A DNA stretch of 64,000 bases, taken from Vicugna vicugna (lineage: Eukaryota). Shown one piece after another: positions 25,481-37,714 of the stretch. Position 1 is the stretch's first letter, and each line of letters begins with the position of its first letter. Location: assembly GCA_013265495.1 (NCBI GenBank), contig MU058213.1, forward strand, positions 5,601,149 through 5,665,148, in the 5' to 3' direction. Made by a program: the position numbers and the translations under genes. The notes beneath the pieces are model-generated. The model saw only the letters and a program-made list of their open reading frames with translations. It had not been told where the DNA came from and ran no database searches.

Positions 25481-28400
25481 GTTGTCGGACAGTCAGCCTG
25501 GTAGGTAGGGAAGCCTGCGAGGTGGAATCTTCAACAGTGTAAGTCTTCAGAGGCTGCTCTGATCTAACGGCTGCTGTGGGAATGTTCCCCCCTTTACTGT
25601 ACCAAGATCTGCTTCCTTCATGCTCCACCGAGCCCCACACCAGCCTTTCTCTTCTTTGGCTAAATATCCCTTAACTGGTCCTCAGGAGACATGGTTTCCA
25701 GTCCCTTCACCTTAGGTCACTCTCCTTGGAACAAGTTCAAGTTGCTAAACGTCCATCTCTTAAGCCAGTTCCCACTCAAATCAACATTCCAAGATGAAAA
25801 CCATCACCTCCACCGCCGAGTACGCACTTGCATTCGTGGGACTTGCAACTGCCTTCTTGGGGCTGCAGGCGGGAGTCAGAGCTGCGGAGCCGGCGCACGC
25901 AGCCTCCTGAGCTCCCTGCTCACAGGAGATGGTGGTGCCTCCTTTGGCCGCCCCACCCCGACCCCCATGCCTCTGATAGAGGAATCCATCTGCTTGGAGT
26001 CCCCTCCTCACCCAGCCAGCCTGGAGGGACTTCCTTGGAGGGAGGGCAGCAGTCTTGGCCCGCAGTCTGTCCCCCTCAGCCTTGTCTTTGGGAGGTGTGC
26101 CCTGCCTAGGCTGCACTTGGATGGCTTGACAACACCTGTCAGCCCTGCTCTGGTCTCACACAAACGCTGGTGTGGGACTCATCCCCCAGCACCCGTGCCT
26201 CACAATGGGGCTCTGCCTAGTCCAGGAGAGGAGAGAGCGTAGGAAGGAGATGGCTGCACTGCCTGTGGCATCGCCGGGGACAAGGGCGTTGTTTTGCTGC
26301 CTTCATAGATCTCTAAACCCACAGCTAGGCTGGAGCCCAGAAACAGAAGTCACGCCAGCCTGCTTCGGCACTACTCCTGCCAGGCCTGAAAGGGCACACT
26401 CACACAGGAGACGCTCGGCCAGCTGTTCAGCGACAGCCACAGCTGAGGGGATGGGCCCTTGAGCAGGGCAGAGGCAGAGGAGAAGGCACAGCCAGGGGGG
26501 CCCGGACACCTGTGCCCGACCCCCCTCCATTCCCAGTCAATTATGCCTGCAAGTCCAAAGCCAGACCCCTAGCTTTTGAGAAACGCTTGCAGGCAGGCGG
26601 CAATATTTTCTTTCTCCAGATACCGACCGCCAAGAGGCCCCTCCAATAAAGCGCTAGTGTTCTCCCTGGAGACACAGGCTCAAACTGTGCTCTGCTCAGA
26701 GCTGGCACTGTTCCCTGCCTCCCAAGCCCCGCTGGCTCCCTCCATCCCAACCCGGGAATGACGCTGCAGGTGCACGGAGGCAATGAGGCGAACACCAGCA
26801 GGTTTACCTGCTCTGACGGGCTCGGAAATGAAATTGCTTTTTACAGTGGCTAGGCTATCTGGAATTCCTTCTTTCTTTCTCTTATCTGCTCAGGTGTCTT
26901 TCTAACCAAAAGAGAAAAATATATTTGTTTTCTTTTAAAAAAAAATTGAAACCAATCTAAGCCAAAGTGAGTCAACTTAGTTGATTAGTAAACATACAAA
27001 TGGGATCATCTCTGTCCTTGGAATGTGATCCTTCACCTTTCTGCAGGTCATGTGACATATCTTTGTTCAAATTACTTCTTTTAATCAGGGCTCTGCCCTC
27101 CCCCTAAAAGTAGGAGTACTTACTTTACTTAGATAAACAAAAGCGTTCACTAAAGTGGTCCCCCTCTAGAAGAGAGAGTGGTCCCTAGGACAGAGTTCAG
27201 CTTCTGGAATTCTGGAATGCAGAAAGCACCATTTGCCAGTGACTTTAAAAACCCTCCCAGGCACTGCCAAAAATTAAGCCGATTGTCCCCGAAGCAGTCA
27301 GTCCAGTCCAGTTCCCTTCAAGACAAGTGACCCGAACACAGGTCTCGGGGCTTTCCTAGTGCTCTGTGGCCACTATCAGGGGGGAGATCCTTAACACTCA
27401 CACTTTGGTGAAGCAGAAAATGCCTTTCCCAGCTCCTTACCTTTCCTATAGGCCCACCCCCACCCTCTTTATTAATGAATTTGTTAATAGAGGAGAGTTT
27501 GAGAGCATCAACTTTGCTCTAGAACAAAGCTGTATGCATTCATCCCCAAATGCAGTGCTGACGGCTGAGGGAGTGGCTTTAAGGCTAAAGTCTTTCTGCT
27601 GAGGTTCTCACGTATCCCAGCTTCTTGGACGCCTTTTTCTCCCCATTCGTTTGCACCCTGCCCAGCCCCACGTGTGAAGAACCACTCAGTATGTCCTGAT
27701 CTTGGTGAAAGGACCACGGGCTTTTTCACCCATTGCTCTTGCTGCTTTTTCTCATCATTCCTCTACACATCTTCCTTTCCTCTCTGTTGAGTGCAGGCTG
27801 TAGCCAGTATTCCTTCCTTCACCACAGCCCAGTGCATTTGTGTCTGGTCCTATATCAAAGCACACCTGGTGCAGTGACTCTTTTAGCTACTACAGAAAAG
27901 GCTAAAGAATAAAACAAGCCAAATGAAGTATAGTAAAGAGGATGTGCAGGGAATGGTGGGGGACCCATTACCAAAATCCTCTCTTTGTTACCAAATCTAT
28001 AGGTTCCCCTCAGTGTTGCCTGAGAAAGACGTCAGTCCACGACCAGTGGTTCAGATAAAATAGAATCCATCAAATTCGATGCCTTGACTTCTCTCCAGAT
28101 GACGGGCCACATTCTCCACTCTAATTCCAGAGCTGGCCCAGGTCTCCTTGAGGTCCATTAACTCCTATTAGACAGCCCACAAATCCCAGGTTTTCTGGGT
28201 TGGCACAGAGTATTTGGAAAAGCACTGGGATCCTAGAGAAGCTGCCCACTGGCTGTGGGCTGGTTATCCTCTCTTGAGTCTCAGTTCCCATTTGCAAAGT
28301 GTCACAATGCCATCTAACCCAAGGGTTTCTGCGAGGATCACATACTAGCCTCATAGGGGCTCAGTAAATACCTATTCTCCTTCAGAATTCATTTCCCACC

Positions 28401-29099
28401 ATCACTGGCACAGCCCTAGTTCTTCTACACCTTTCTAGAGCACAGCAGTCATACTACTGCTTGCCAATTCTTCAGCAGGCCAGCACCCTCTGTGTATTCT
28501 CAGTGCTTTGCCACAACCCTTACAGGGATGCAACTCTGTGTCCTACGCGCCCCAGTTTACACTGCTTGGTGATCAAGACTCACACCTGTCACTAGCACCA
28601 GTGACAGCATGTCTATGTTTGGAAACTGAAAAGTGTTATGCAAACGTGCTTCATAATACTATAATGAGAATTCTATCAATGGGAATCTACCATTGTATCT
28701 ACCAGTCAAAAGTTTACTTCTCCTAATTGGTATCATCAATTAAATGAATTCTGAACAAAAGAGTTTTTAAAAATAGCAACGCTATTTTCACACTATTTTA
28801 TTTCCATAAGACTTCAATCAGTTCCACAGCTAACGAAAATGTGAAAGTACGGAATTCTATTCATTCCTCCATTCATGGGACACGTATTTACTGAATTCTT
28901 TCTGTGTGCCAACACCGTGCGAGGTGCTGGGCACGTGACGGCAGACACAGCTGACGAGAGCTCAGTTCCCCGGGAGAGGAAACAGATACTTCCTTTCATC
29001 AGTTGGAAGGCACGCGTTTCTTCATGTTTGAAATCAGAACATGTCTTAGCAATGCTGCAGGCTAGGCCATGGTTGTCAGATTGATCAGAAGTGCTCGTA

Positions 29100-29560
29100 T
29101 TATCATCAACTGAGTTAACTGCACTGTTGAGACTAGATGAGTCAAGGTTAATTGCCAGTTAAAATGTTTTCCAAAAGACTAACCTATGATTTTCAGACAA
29201 AAACGTGTGGAGATGGTATGAAGGCATCCATGGGATGTTTGTCTTAGGAGAGATGACCACCGTCCCATAATTTCTTACAAAGTAACAAACAGGCATTTGA
29301 TGGAGTGATCACTGCAATATATGAAGTCACGCTTTACTGATAGACGTGCAAAAGGATTGTCCATCACACTCTAAGCAAAGCTACTGACAGTAGGAGAAAC
29401 TGCCAAATCCTTAAAATAGATGAAAGAAATCTCAAAGCAACCAGAGGCTACTGTGAGCAATTCATGCCTTCCCCAGGCCTGTCATTAAGGTTTCGTGTCA
29501 CAGTTTAATTTGTAGCTTTCTTTTTCCTTTTTCCGTGCTGTATAACACAATGATATATCA
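29100..29560 (+). mobile_element. Tc1/mariner-superfamily (Tc2/Kanga-like) transposase fossil
   Basis: 29345-29490 translates, with one stop and one frameshift, RAKGLSITL*AKLLTVGETAKSL/IDERNLKATRGYCEQFMPSPGLSLR, resembling the CENP-B-type HTH of pogo/Tc2 transposases (FKASRGWxxRFMxRxGLSLR). Confidence 0.7.
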
Positions 29561-29948
29561 TATCATCCATGGCACATTGTATTCAATGAAGCACTGTAAT
29601 AAACAAGGAAGCAAAGCATAAAATCATTCCAGTTCCCAAAAATGTTACGAAACAATAAGCTGGACACTGTCATAGGGAGTAACAGTACAACCTAATTTAT
29701 ACAGACAGGCAAGAAACGCCTCCCTGAGGAGGCAAAGTCAAGAAGAAGCCAGCCCTGCAAAGAGCCAGCAAAATATTCTAGGCAAGGGGAACCACTAGTG
29801 CAAAGACCCTGAGGTGGGAAAGAGTGTGTGTGTTCTGGGAGGATTTTATCACTGGTTAAAGTCCAGGCCTGCTTAGAAGCTCACAACAACATCATGAGAC
29901 CACAAACCAGCCCAGCATGCTGCTAATCGGCACACAGCAAACATTACA

Positions 29949-30275
29949 CGGTAGTTCCCCCTTATCTGTGGTTTCACTTTCCTCGGTGTCAGTCAACCGT
30001 GGTCAACTACCATCTGAAAATATTAAATGGAAAATTCCAGAAATAAATAATTCATACATTTTCAGCTGCACACTGTTCTGAGCCACATGTTGCAGTCTTG
30101 CACCCGCCCACTCCATCCTGCCCAGGATGTGAATAATCGCCTTGCCCAGCACATCCGCACTGCATGTGCTATCTGCCCATTAGAATAGGAGAAATCACCG
30201 TACATATGGGGTCTGGTACTGGCCACGGTTTCTGGGGGTCTTGGAACACATGCCCCGTGGGGAAAGGGAACCAAC
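29949..30275 (+). mobile_element. MER44A-like (Tigger7 family) MITE
   Basis: CGGTAGTTCCCCCTTATCTGTGGTTTCACTTTCC...GAAAATATTAAATGGAAAATTCCAGAAATAAATAATTCATA...GGGGGTCTTGGAAC..CCCCGTGGGGAAAGGG. Confidence 0.85.
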
Positions 30276-31000
30276 CACTCTAACAAAAACAATTTGGAAA
30301 TTTTAAAAATATTTATGACGCTTCATCCTAGTAAACATATGGAGTCTAATACAGTCTAATTATTCTGGTGAAGGCAATGCCCATTGTCATCACCACCCAC
30401 AAAGAAATTCAGTCGTAAATAACCGTGAGGGAAAAAGTGAAAACCCAGTTCAGATGAGGCGGAAAAGTGAAAACCGCCTTTTTAGCTGGAGTGTTTTATT
30501 CTCCTCTGCCTGTATCCTAGTGTCCTTCACAACCATACATTTTGCAGAAATGCCAAAAAAGTCCTTAAAATCAATGGATGGTCTGGATCAGGAGACTTAG
30601 TTTAGAAGCAAATTAACCTCATAAGTAAACCAGTCAATCTCCCTTAGCAAACTGGCCTGCTCTATCAGTTTACTTACTTGCAGACACCTAGACTGCCCCT
30701 CCAGGACTCGCTTCTTACGGCTGTTTTCACAACAGCTTAGGACCCTCTTCCCCACCAGAGGCGCTACAGTTTCTGAAGGAGGTTTCGTTCGTTCTTTATC
30801 CTCATACCCTTTCTATGATGCAGGTTCTTCTAAGTTCCACTGACAGACGAGGAAACCGAAGCTGGGGCCAGGACAAGTGACTTATCCAAGTCCACACAGC
30901 TGTCAGAGCAAAGACTAAAAGCCCAGCTCGGGGCTCTTTCACGTCCTTAAGGAGGCCATGTGACCTCCAAAGTAAGGGGGCCAGAGAAGCTGTTCAAGTG

Positions 31001-31185
31001 GGGTTGCCAGATACAATACAAGATGTCCAAGAAATTTGAATTTCAGGTAAATAATGAATAACTTATAGTATAAATATGTCCCAAATACTGAGTGGGACAT
31101 ACTTATACTAAAGAAGTATCTACTGCTCATCTGAAATTCATTTCTGACAGGGTGTCCTGTGCTTGGATTTGCTAAATCCTGCCAG
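31001..31185. mobile_element. MER53 palindromic MITE
   Basis: GGGTTGCCAGATACAATACAAGATGTCCAAGAAATTTGAATTTCAG...TAGTATAAATATGTCCCA/TGGGACATACTTATACTA...CTGAAATTCA...TTTGCTAAATC; self-complementary. Confidence 0.9.
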
Positions 31186-31289
31186 TGCAATGGATGTGGC
31201 TGTTCTTCCTTCTCCCCATTCTCCACCTTCGGACCCTTCTACGTGGTTACAACTTCTCCTTTTCTCTTCTAGCCAGATTTCCTCTATAT

Positions 31290-32089
31290 CAAGAACTGTT
31301 AACCTAGAGTTCATAGAGCCTCAGGGGGGTCTGCAGATAGAATTCAGGAAGTTCATGACCTCAAATGGCAAAAATTATCTCTGCACTAACTCATAATTGG
31401 AATTTAACGTTTCTTTTGATTATGAACACAGGCAACCAAGCACAACAGATCACATTACAGTGGTTGTAAGTATCTCAAAATATCACTTATGTTCACAACC
31501 ACTTCAAAATTACAGTCGTTATTAGATTGGCTGCTGGATCTTATTTAGTGCTTGATGCAATTTGGATTCCCCAGGAAGAAGACGGAGAGACAGTGTTCAG
31601 CATTCAGGGGTTTATTAAGGAGGGCCTTTGAGATCCACAGCTGTGTAAGGGAGAGGAAATAAGTAGGAGGGGACAAAGGGGCAGTCAAGCTTCAGTGCAA
31701 ACCCAGCAGCTTCAGTCAACCCCATGGCCAGCTCTGGATGTGAAGTGAACTGTCAGCATCACCCCGCATCGGGCTGAGATGACTAGGCCTTTTACTCTCA
31801 GCTCCATCGTCACTGGCTGCGGGCATGACCTTGGGCAAGGCTGCTCTCTGCGGATCAGTCAGACACTGAAGACCTGGCTACTGAAGACCAAATACTGACA
31901 GCACTCCCCACACCCAGGGCAGCACACCCTTCCTAGAAGGACATTTGGGTAGTGCATTGCCATGACCGCCTAGATGAAGGAACTGTATGTGCATGTCACC
32001 GGTTTCCTTTGTAAACATAAGTATTTTATGTCATGCATTTGAAATCAGTTCCTAGGCTCCATCAGGACAAAATGGTTTAGAACCCCTGC
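31290..32089 (+). mobile_element. hAT DNA transposon fossil (Charlie4a-like), split by an LTR (pieces about 31290-31552 and 31971-32089)
   Basis: AACCTAGAGTTCATAGAGCCTCAGGGGGTCTGCAGATAGAATTCAGG...CACATTACAGTGGTTG...CTTCAAAATTACAGTCGTTATTAGA, resuming GGTTTCCTTTGTAA...CATGCATTTGAAA...GGTTTAGAACCCCTG. Confidence 0.75.
31553..31970 (-). mobile_element. ERVL solo LTR (LTR16-like), nested in Charlie4
   Basis: GGATTCCCCAGGAAGAAGAC...GGGTTTATTAAGGAGGGCCTTTGAGATCCACAGCTGTG...CATGACCTTGGGCAAGGCTGCTCTCTGC. Confidence 0.7.
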
Positions 32090-32990
32090 ACTCTTCTCTA
32101 TCTGCACCCCTTCTCCTCCTCATTCCTAGCCCATCACAGCACCATGGTAACCACCACCACAAACCCCCAAACACTCTTCTTCAAACCTATTCCTCAAACC
32201 CATCAAGACCAGAGGAGGCACAAGAAGGTCATCTCCTTCCTAATCATGTTGCCTAAATCTTTATCTTACTTCCGGGCTTTTATACCTGTTTCTGCTTTTA
32301 CCTCTTTTCCACCTACATCCACCCCACCCCATCCTCTGCCTGTGCCTAATTTTGAAACCTCCTTCAGGTCTCTGCTCCCTGCAGGAAGCGTCCACTGACT
32401 CCCCCAAATGTGGACAGGCCCCGCTGTGAGCCCACACCCCTTCCCATGCTCCCTTCTCTGAGCACCTCCCACACCGTGCTGGTGGCCTGTTGCCTTCTCT
32501 GCCTGCTCCACTGACAGGACAGGGACGCTCCCATCACTGTCGTACGCCCAAGCCGGGCACAGCGCAGGCACGTCACGAGTCTTTACAGGAAGAGAAGAGG
32601 AAAGGAGATGGGGACAGAGGTGGGGAGGAAATCTGTCCAGCTGTGTCAGTCTCAATCCTATCTCAGCATCAAGGATTCTGGCTACTCTGCCCCTCTTTTC
32701 AGTCCGCACCCTGGCTTTCCTCCGGGTGTTCGCACGGAGCTGTATGTTTACTGTTCTCACAGAGGCACAGACTGCTTCACGCTGGGCCATCAACTCCATG
32801 TGCTCTTCTTAACCAGCATGTTTCACAGAGAGCGATCTAGCCTCCCTGGCTGGTGATAACCAGTAGTGAAATGGCCAAAAAAGCATCAGGAGAGAAATAA
32901 GGAGCTAGAAAATTCCCAGCTAATTCACCAACTCAGTCATCATCTCTGAACAGACTGACTCGGCTGCACTCCAAGGAGCGGCACCCACTC

Positions 32991-33003
32991 AGGTCAAAGG
33001 GCA
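32991..33003 (+). promoter_or_regulatory. Candidate DR1 nuclear-receptor element (HNF4A / PPAR:RXR / COUP-TF)
   Basis: AGGTCA-A-AGGGCA, one mismatch from a perfect DR1; motif only. Confidence 0.4.
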
Positions 33004-33850
33004 CCGCTGGGTGGAAACTCGCTTCTCAGGGCTCCCACTGGAACCAGACAGGCCTGTTCTCCCACTGACTGGCCACAGGACACTGAGCAAGGCTCTGCGC
33101 CTCCATTCCTCCGTCTGCTAAAGCGAGGTGCTATGCCGCCATGCAAGGCTGTCGGGGGACTGATTGGAATTACTTTGCCAAGAGCCTGGCTCCTGGCGGC
33201 CCTCACTGATGGGCGGTTCATCATCTCTGTCTTCCAACCCGACTCGGCCTCATAAGACAGCACAGACATGCCGCACGGAGGACAGGCACGTTCTCCTTGA
33301 CTCGCAACCCTCTGCAGCTTCCTAACCAGAGGCCTTGCTGGCACCACTAATTTTCCTCTCAGCCAAATAACCAGCCAGCCAAGCAGCACAGAGACATGCC
33401 CACAGTGTGTGAGCACCAGCCCAAGCTGAGAAATATTTGGGGAGCAGAACCCGAGCCTCCCTTTAAACCATCGTTGCACATGCTTCCCCAGCCACCGCCC
33501 ACGCGTCCTCTGTGGCTCAGGCAGGCTTTCCCACAGCAGAGAGAACAGCTTTCATAAAAAAGAGATGGTCTCCCTCCAAGCAGCATGCTCACAGAGAAGG
33601 ACAAATGTCCCACACGTTTTCCGGAATCTCCTCACTGTCCCAACTGTAGAAAAACTCACGTTAGCTTCTTTAATCCACAAATATACAAGTAATAGAAAAC
33701 TGAACCCTCCTTATGCCAGGCACTGTGCTAAAGACGTTCGCCAAAATTCTTATTTAATATAAAGTACTATTATAAGGCCGTAAGCTCTAACCTTGTCTGT
33801 CTTATTTCTTGTTTTGTTCATGGTATCTAACCTAGCATATAATAAGTTCT

Positions 33851-33924
33851 GAAAGAAAGAGAGGAAGAGAGTGAGGAAAGAAAGGAAGGAAGGGAGGAAG
33901 GAAGGAAGAAAGAGAAAGTAAAGG
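33851..33924. repeat. Polypurine (GGAA/GA)n low-complexity tract
   Basis: GAAAGAAAGAGAGGAAGAGAGTGAGGAAAGAAAGGAAGGAAGGGAGGAAGGAAGGAAGAAAGAGAAAG. Confidence 0.9.
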
Positions 33925-35069
33925 ATGTGTGTGTGTATGAATGAATCAGTGACTGAAGGGGGGTACTAATAAAATGCCGAGCATATAGTTGGCCCTCAAC
34001 AAATGGTAGCTTTTCCCACTGTTCTGCTGTTTTCCTTCTTGACTCAGGTAATTCCGAATGCCTCAGCAGGGCATCTGGACACACCCTACAGACCCAAGGC
34101 TCCTGCCCACTCTGGCGCTGGCCCTCAGTTCACAGATGAGGACGCTGAGGCTGTGAGGAGGTTGCGTGACTTGCCAAAGGCCACAAGGTCCCTGGCTGAC
34201 CAGGCCTGGAACGCTCTCCCCCTCACTAGAAACCTCAAAGTCTTTAGCAATGACTTTGCCAAGGGTAACCGTAGGACAAATGGGTGCCCTTGTCTGTGCT
34301 GTCTAGTCCAGTCTCTGAGGACCTGCACCAGGCCGGTCCAAACTCAGAGGCCCAGAGGCAGCTGCCCTGAAACACAGAGTGACGCACGGCCAACAACGCT
34401 GCAGGTGCAGCCGACGAGGACGACACTGAGGACACTTCCCTCCAGGTACACTCTAGCATACAAAGTGCTGACACACAACATCTCATTCCAGCATCTCAAT
34501 AACCGTACCTGGGAGGCATTAGTATGTGTATTTTACAGAGGAGAAGACTGGGGCTCAAACAGGGGAAGAGATTTCCCAAGGTCACTCAATTAATGCCTGT
34601 AAGAATCAAAATGAGAATACATGAAACAGTGTAACATATGAATTAGATGATCATCCACATTTGTGTACAAATCTGGCAGGTTTCCAGCTGAGGCTTTCCA
34701 GCTGTTGATCCAACTCAAAGGTAGCCTTCAGTTCTCTCCCCCGATTCCTCCTTTGTCCCTGGGAAGGGAGACTGGTAAAAGGAGAGTAGCTCAATCTTCA
34801 TTAAATGCAACGCTTTGACCCCAGGAAGTACAGACAGTAACTCATTCCATGGCATCTCCCGTGGGGTTTCCAGTGATGTTGTCAGATGCTGCAGGGACAT
34901 GATCCATAAATACCACACCTCAAGGGTTAGGCCCCTGGAGGGTTCTCCTAGGTAGGATTGACTTGAGGCAGGGGGGACCCATTGTGTCCACAAGGGAACC
35001 CCATAGTTGGTTTGCACCAGTAAGAGCAAACTGGAGCTAACAGACAACTGACAACATGTATTAGGGCTC

Positions 35070-35550
35070 TTTTAAAAGCTCAGGTCACTTAGCCTAGTAA
35101 TTCCACTTCTAGGAATTCGGTCAAAAAAGTATTTATCTGGGATGTAGAAAGAGGTCCATGAATAGGACTGCATCACAGTATTGTTTACATCTGGAAGGAA
35201 AAAAGTGGATAAAATTATAACAGTAGACGATTGGCCAAGTAATTCTGATACAACTACACACTGAAATTCTCTGTAGCTGTGAAAGCCAATTATTGATGTC
35301 ATAGGAAATGTCTAAGACAAAACATTAAGTAATAAAATTGGGATTCTAAATAAGAAATACATATATACTTATATATACATACTTTTCCATATATATGGAA
35401 TATATATATATATACACACACACACATACACACATGCAGCACATTTCTCATTTTAAAAACTAGAAAGAAACCATAATCCAATGGTTATCTTTAATTGTCA
35501 GATTACAAGTCATTTTAGTTATTTTTCTTTGTACTTCTGGTGTTTCTCTA
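35070..35550 (+). mobile_element. Ancient LINE-1 3' region (L1ME/L1MC-like) with internal (TA)n/(CA)n
   Basis: CCTAGTAATTCCACTTCTAGGAATT...CATCACAGTATTGTTTAC; degenerate. Confidence 0.6.
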
Positions 35551-37714
35551 TTTTTTAAGTTTTTTTTAAAAAAAAGAGTTTGGCTTTTGGTTTATTTTGC
35601 TTTTTTTTAAGAGAGAAAAGGCCATTCAAGTCATTGGTAGGGATAGATGTGAAAAACGAGGACTGAGCCTTTAAGCCAGAAGTGTAAGGAAGGAAAGTGA
35701 ATGACCCAAGGAGCCTGAGCCAACCACACTGCTTAGAAAACCCACAGGGATCAAAGGCCATGGGTGGCTTCTCTGGATCTAACAGTCTTTCAAAGAGGCA
35801 GATGGACTCTTGGACCTGCCCCATCCTGTCTTAAAGTGGCCTGGTGATGGAGTTGGAGCCTTGGCACGTAGATGTACATAGCCTGGGGTCAGGTACCAAA
35901 CAACCTGAGCATCCTCTGCATGGTGTACAAGGTGGAGGGTAGGGAAGAAAGGTGAAGTCATGGTCTCTGTCCCCAAGGTGCTTACAGTCAACGGGAAGCA
36001 GTGAGACGGCCACAAAGAGAGGACCTGGCACAGGAAGGCTCATTCGGCAAACATCTTCCAGACCCTAGGGCAAAAGTTCCATCTTTTGCCTCCATTAAAC
36101 TACACAAAACAAAGCACAACCACCAAAAAAAAGGTCCCCCAAAAAGTACATAGAAAAGGAAACACTGAGGAACACAGAAAAACAAAAAACTCCAAAATGA
36201 TGACTGTTTCACCCCAAAGGACACCTGACCTTTCTGAAGCATCCTGCAGGCGTCCAATTTTCTCAGCCCACAGCCCCCAGATTCCACTTGGCACCGTCTG
36301 GAAACAAGGGATACATTCAATGGAAGCTTAGCAGATTCAGATTCCCCTGCAATCCCACATCCCTTTCTGCCAAGAAGCTGTTTCAAAAGATGACACTCCC
36401 TTGATGTGAATTTGCAGCCTGCCCCATTAACAAGGCTTCCCTCAGAAAATGTTTTTAGATCAACCCTGTTCCAGACACTTGCTCCCAAGGACAAACTAGA
36501 AGAAACTCTGCACCAGCTCAAACCTTTTGGAGCTCTTTGATGATCAGAAATGAGGGAAAATATTAAAAGGAATGTGATTAATCCAAATATTCTCAACAAC
36601 CTTCAAAGCAAACCATTCCTCTTTACTCCAGGAAGCACAGCTCGAGCAGAGCCAGCCCCTTTGGCCCTAATTCCTATTAGCCAAGCGAACCCCTTAAAAA
36701 CAAACAGATCTCAGAACAATGCGGGGAAATTGAAGGTGAGGGAAGGAAAAGGGAAGAGGAAGCAGGTACATGAAAGAAGGGGAAGGCGGATTGGAAAACA
36801 AGCGGCAATTAGCATGCATCTCATTTTACCAAAAAAAAAAAGAAAAAAGGATCAGGGGCTCAAATGGCAGAGCCCCCTCAAAGAAGCCCCCTGAGTTCAC
36901 TCTTGTGCAACAGAGAAGTCTGGAGAGACGGGGGCAGCCAGCAGCCATGTCCTGTCCCCCACTCGCAAAGGGCCAAGCACCACCCTCACCACATGCAACT
37001 GTGCTTCTCTCAGAGGTGGAAGGAGGGGCCTTGCCGTTTCCAAACCTCAGAGCCACTTGCTCTCAGATAAACAAACATCTCCGCAGCGCCTTGCCAGCTT
37101 CGCCCAGCCGGAAAGACATAATGCTGAATTAGTAGCATTTCAATCACTTCTGTGACAGGCTGGTGACAGGCTGGGATACGAGGCGTGGAACACTCAGATG
37201 TTGTTACAGGAAAGAGGCATGAGGACAGAATAATAACAGAGTGGTACAGTGATCATCATCCCCAGAATAGCCCGCGTTTACAGAACACGTATCATTGCCA
37301 GGATGACAAAATAAGCAGGTGCACCTGCTCGCAGTCAGACAGACCTGAGACGGAAGGCGGAAGGCCAGCTCCTCTGTTTCTACCACTGTGACCCTGAGCA
37401 ACTTCCTTGCCCTTTCTGAGCCTCGGTTTTCCATGACTAAACGGTGGATAATGGTCTCTATTGCATAAGACTGTTTGCAGGTTTGAATGTGTGTCGGGCA
37501 CCTGCACAACATGAGAAATACACTCAGTGTAGTAGTGCTGGGATTTTACGCAGTATTTTCTATGATCTCAACTAGTGCTATTTCATGCTGCCTTTACCAC
37601 ATATAGGAAGGAGAGCTTTAATCCTACTTGGCTGGAAGTAAAACAGAGACCCGGGAAAGCTAAACGTCTTCCCCAGGTTAAGATTAAGAAGTGAGCAGGG
37701 AAATAAGGGCTGTG

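Noticed and set aside
25830..26800. CpG island or internal promoter
   Set aside because: GC-rich with scattered CpGs, but by eye the density is below that of a true island and no promoter structure is evident.
30752..30766. CTCF site (CCACCAGAGGCGCT); also CCACCAGGTGGTGG near 52275
   Set aside because: The first is one base short in the core spacing and the second lacks the conserved 3' C; not supportable without a PWM scan or ChIP.
34003..34593. 196-aa ORF with a signal-peptide-like start
   Set aside because: The body overlaps MIR-derived sequence (CAGATGAGGACGCTGAGG, TTTTACAGAGGAGAAGACTG) and has no domain similarity.
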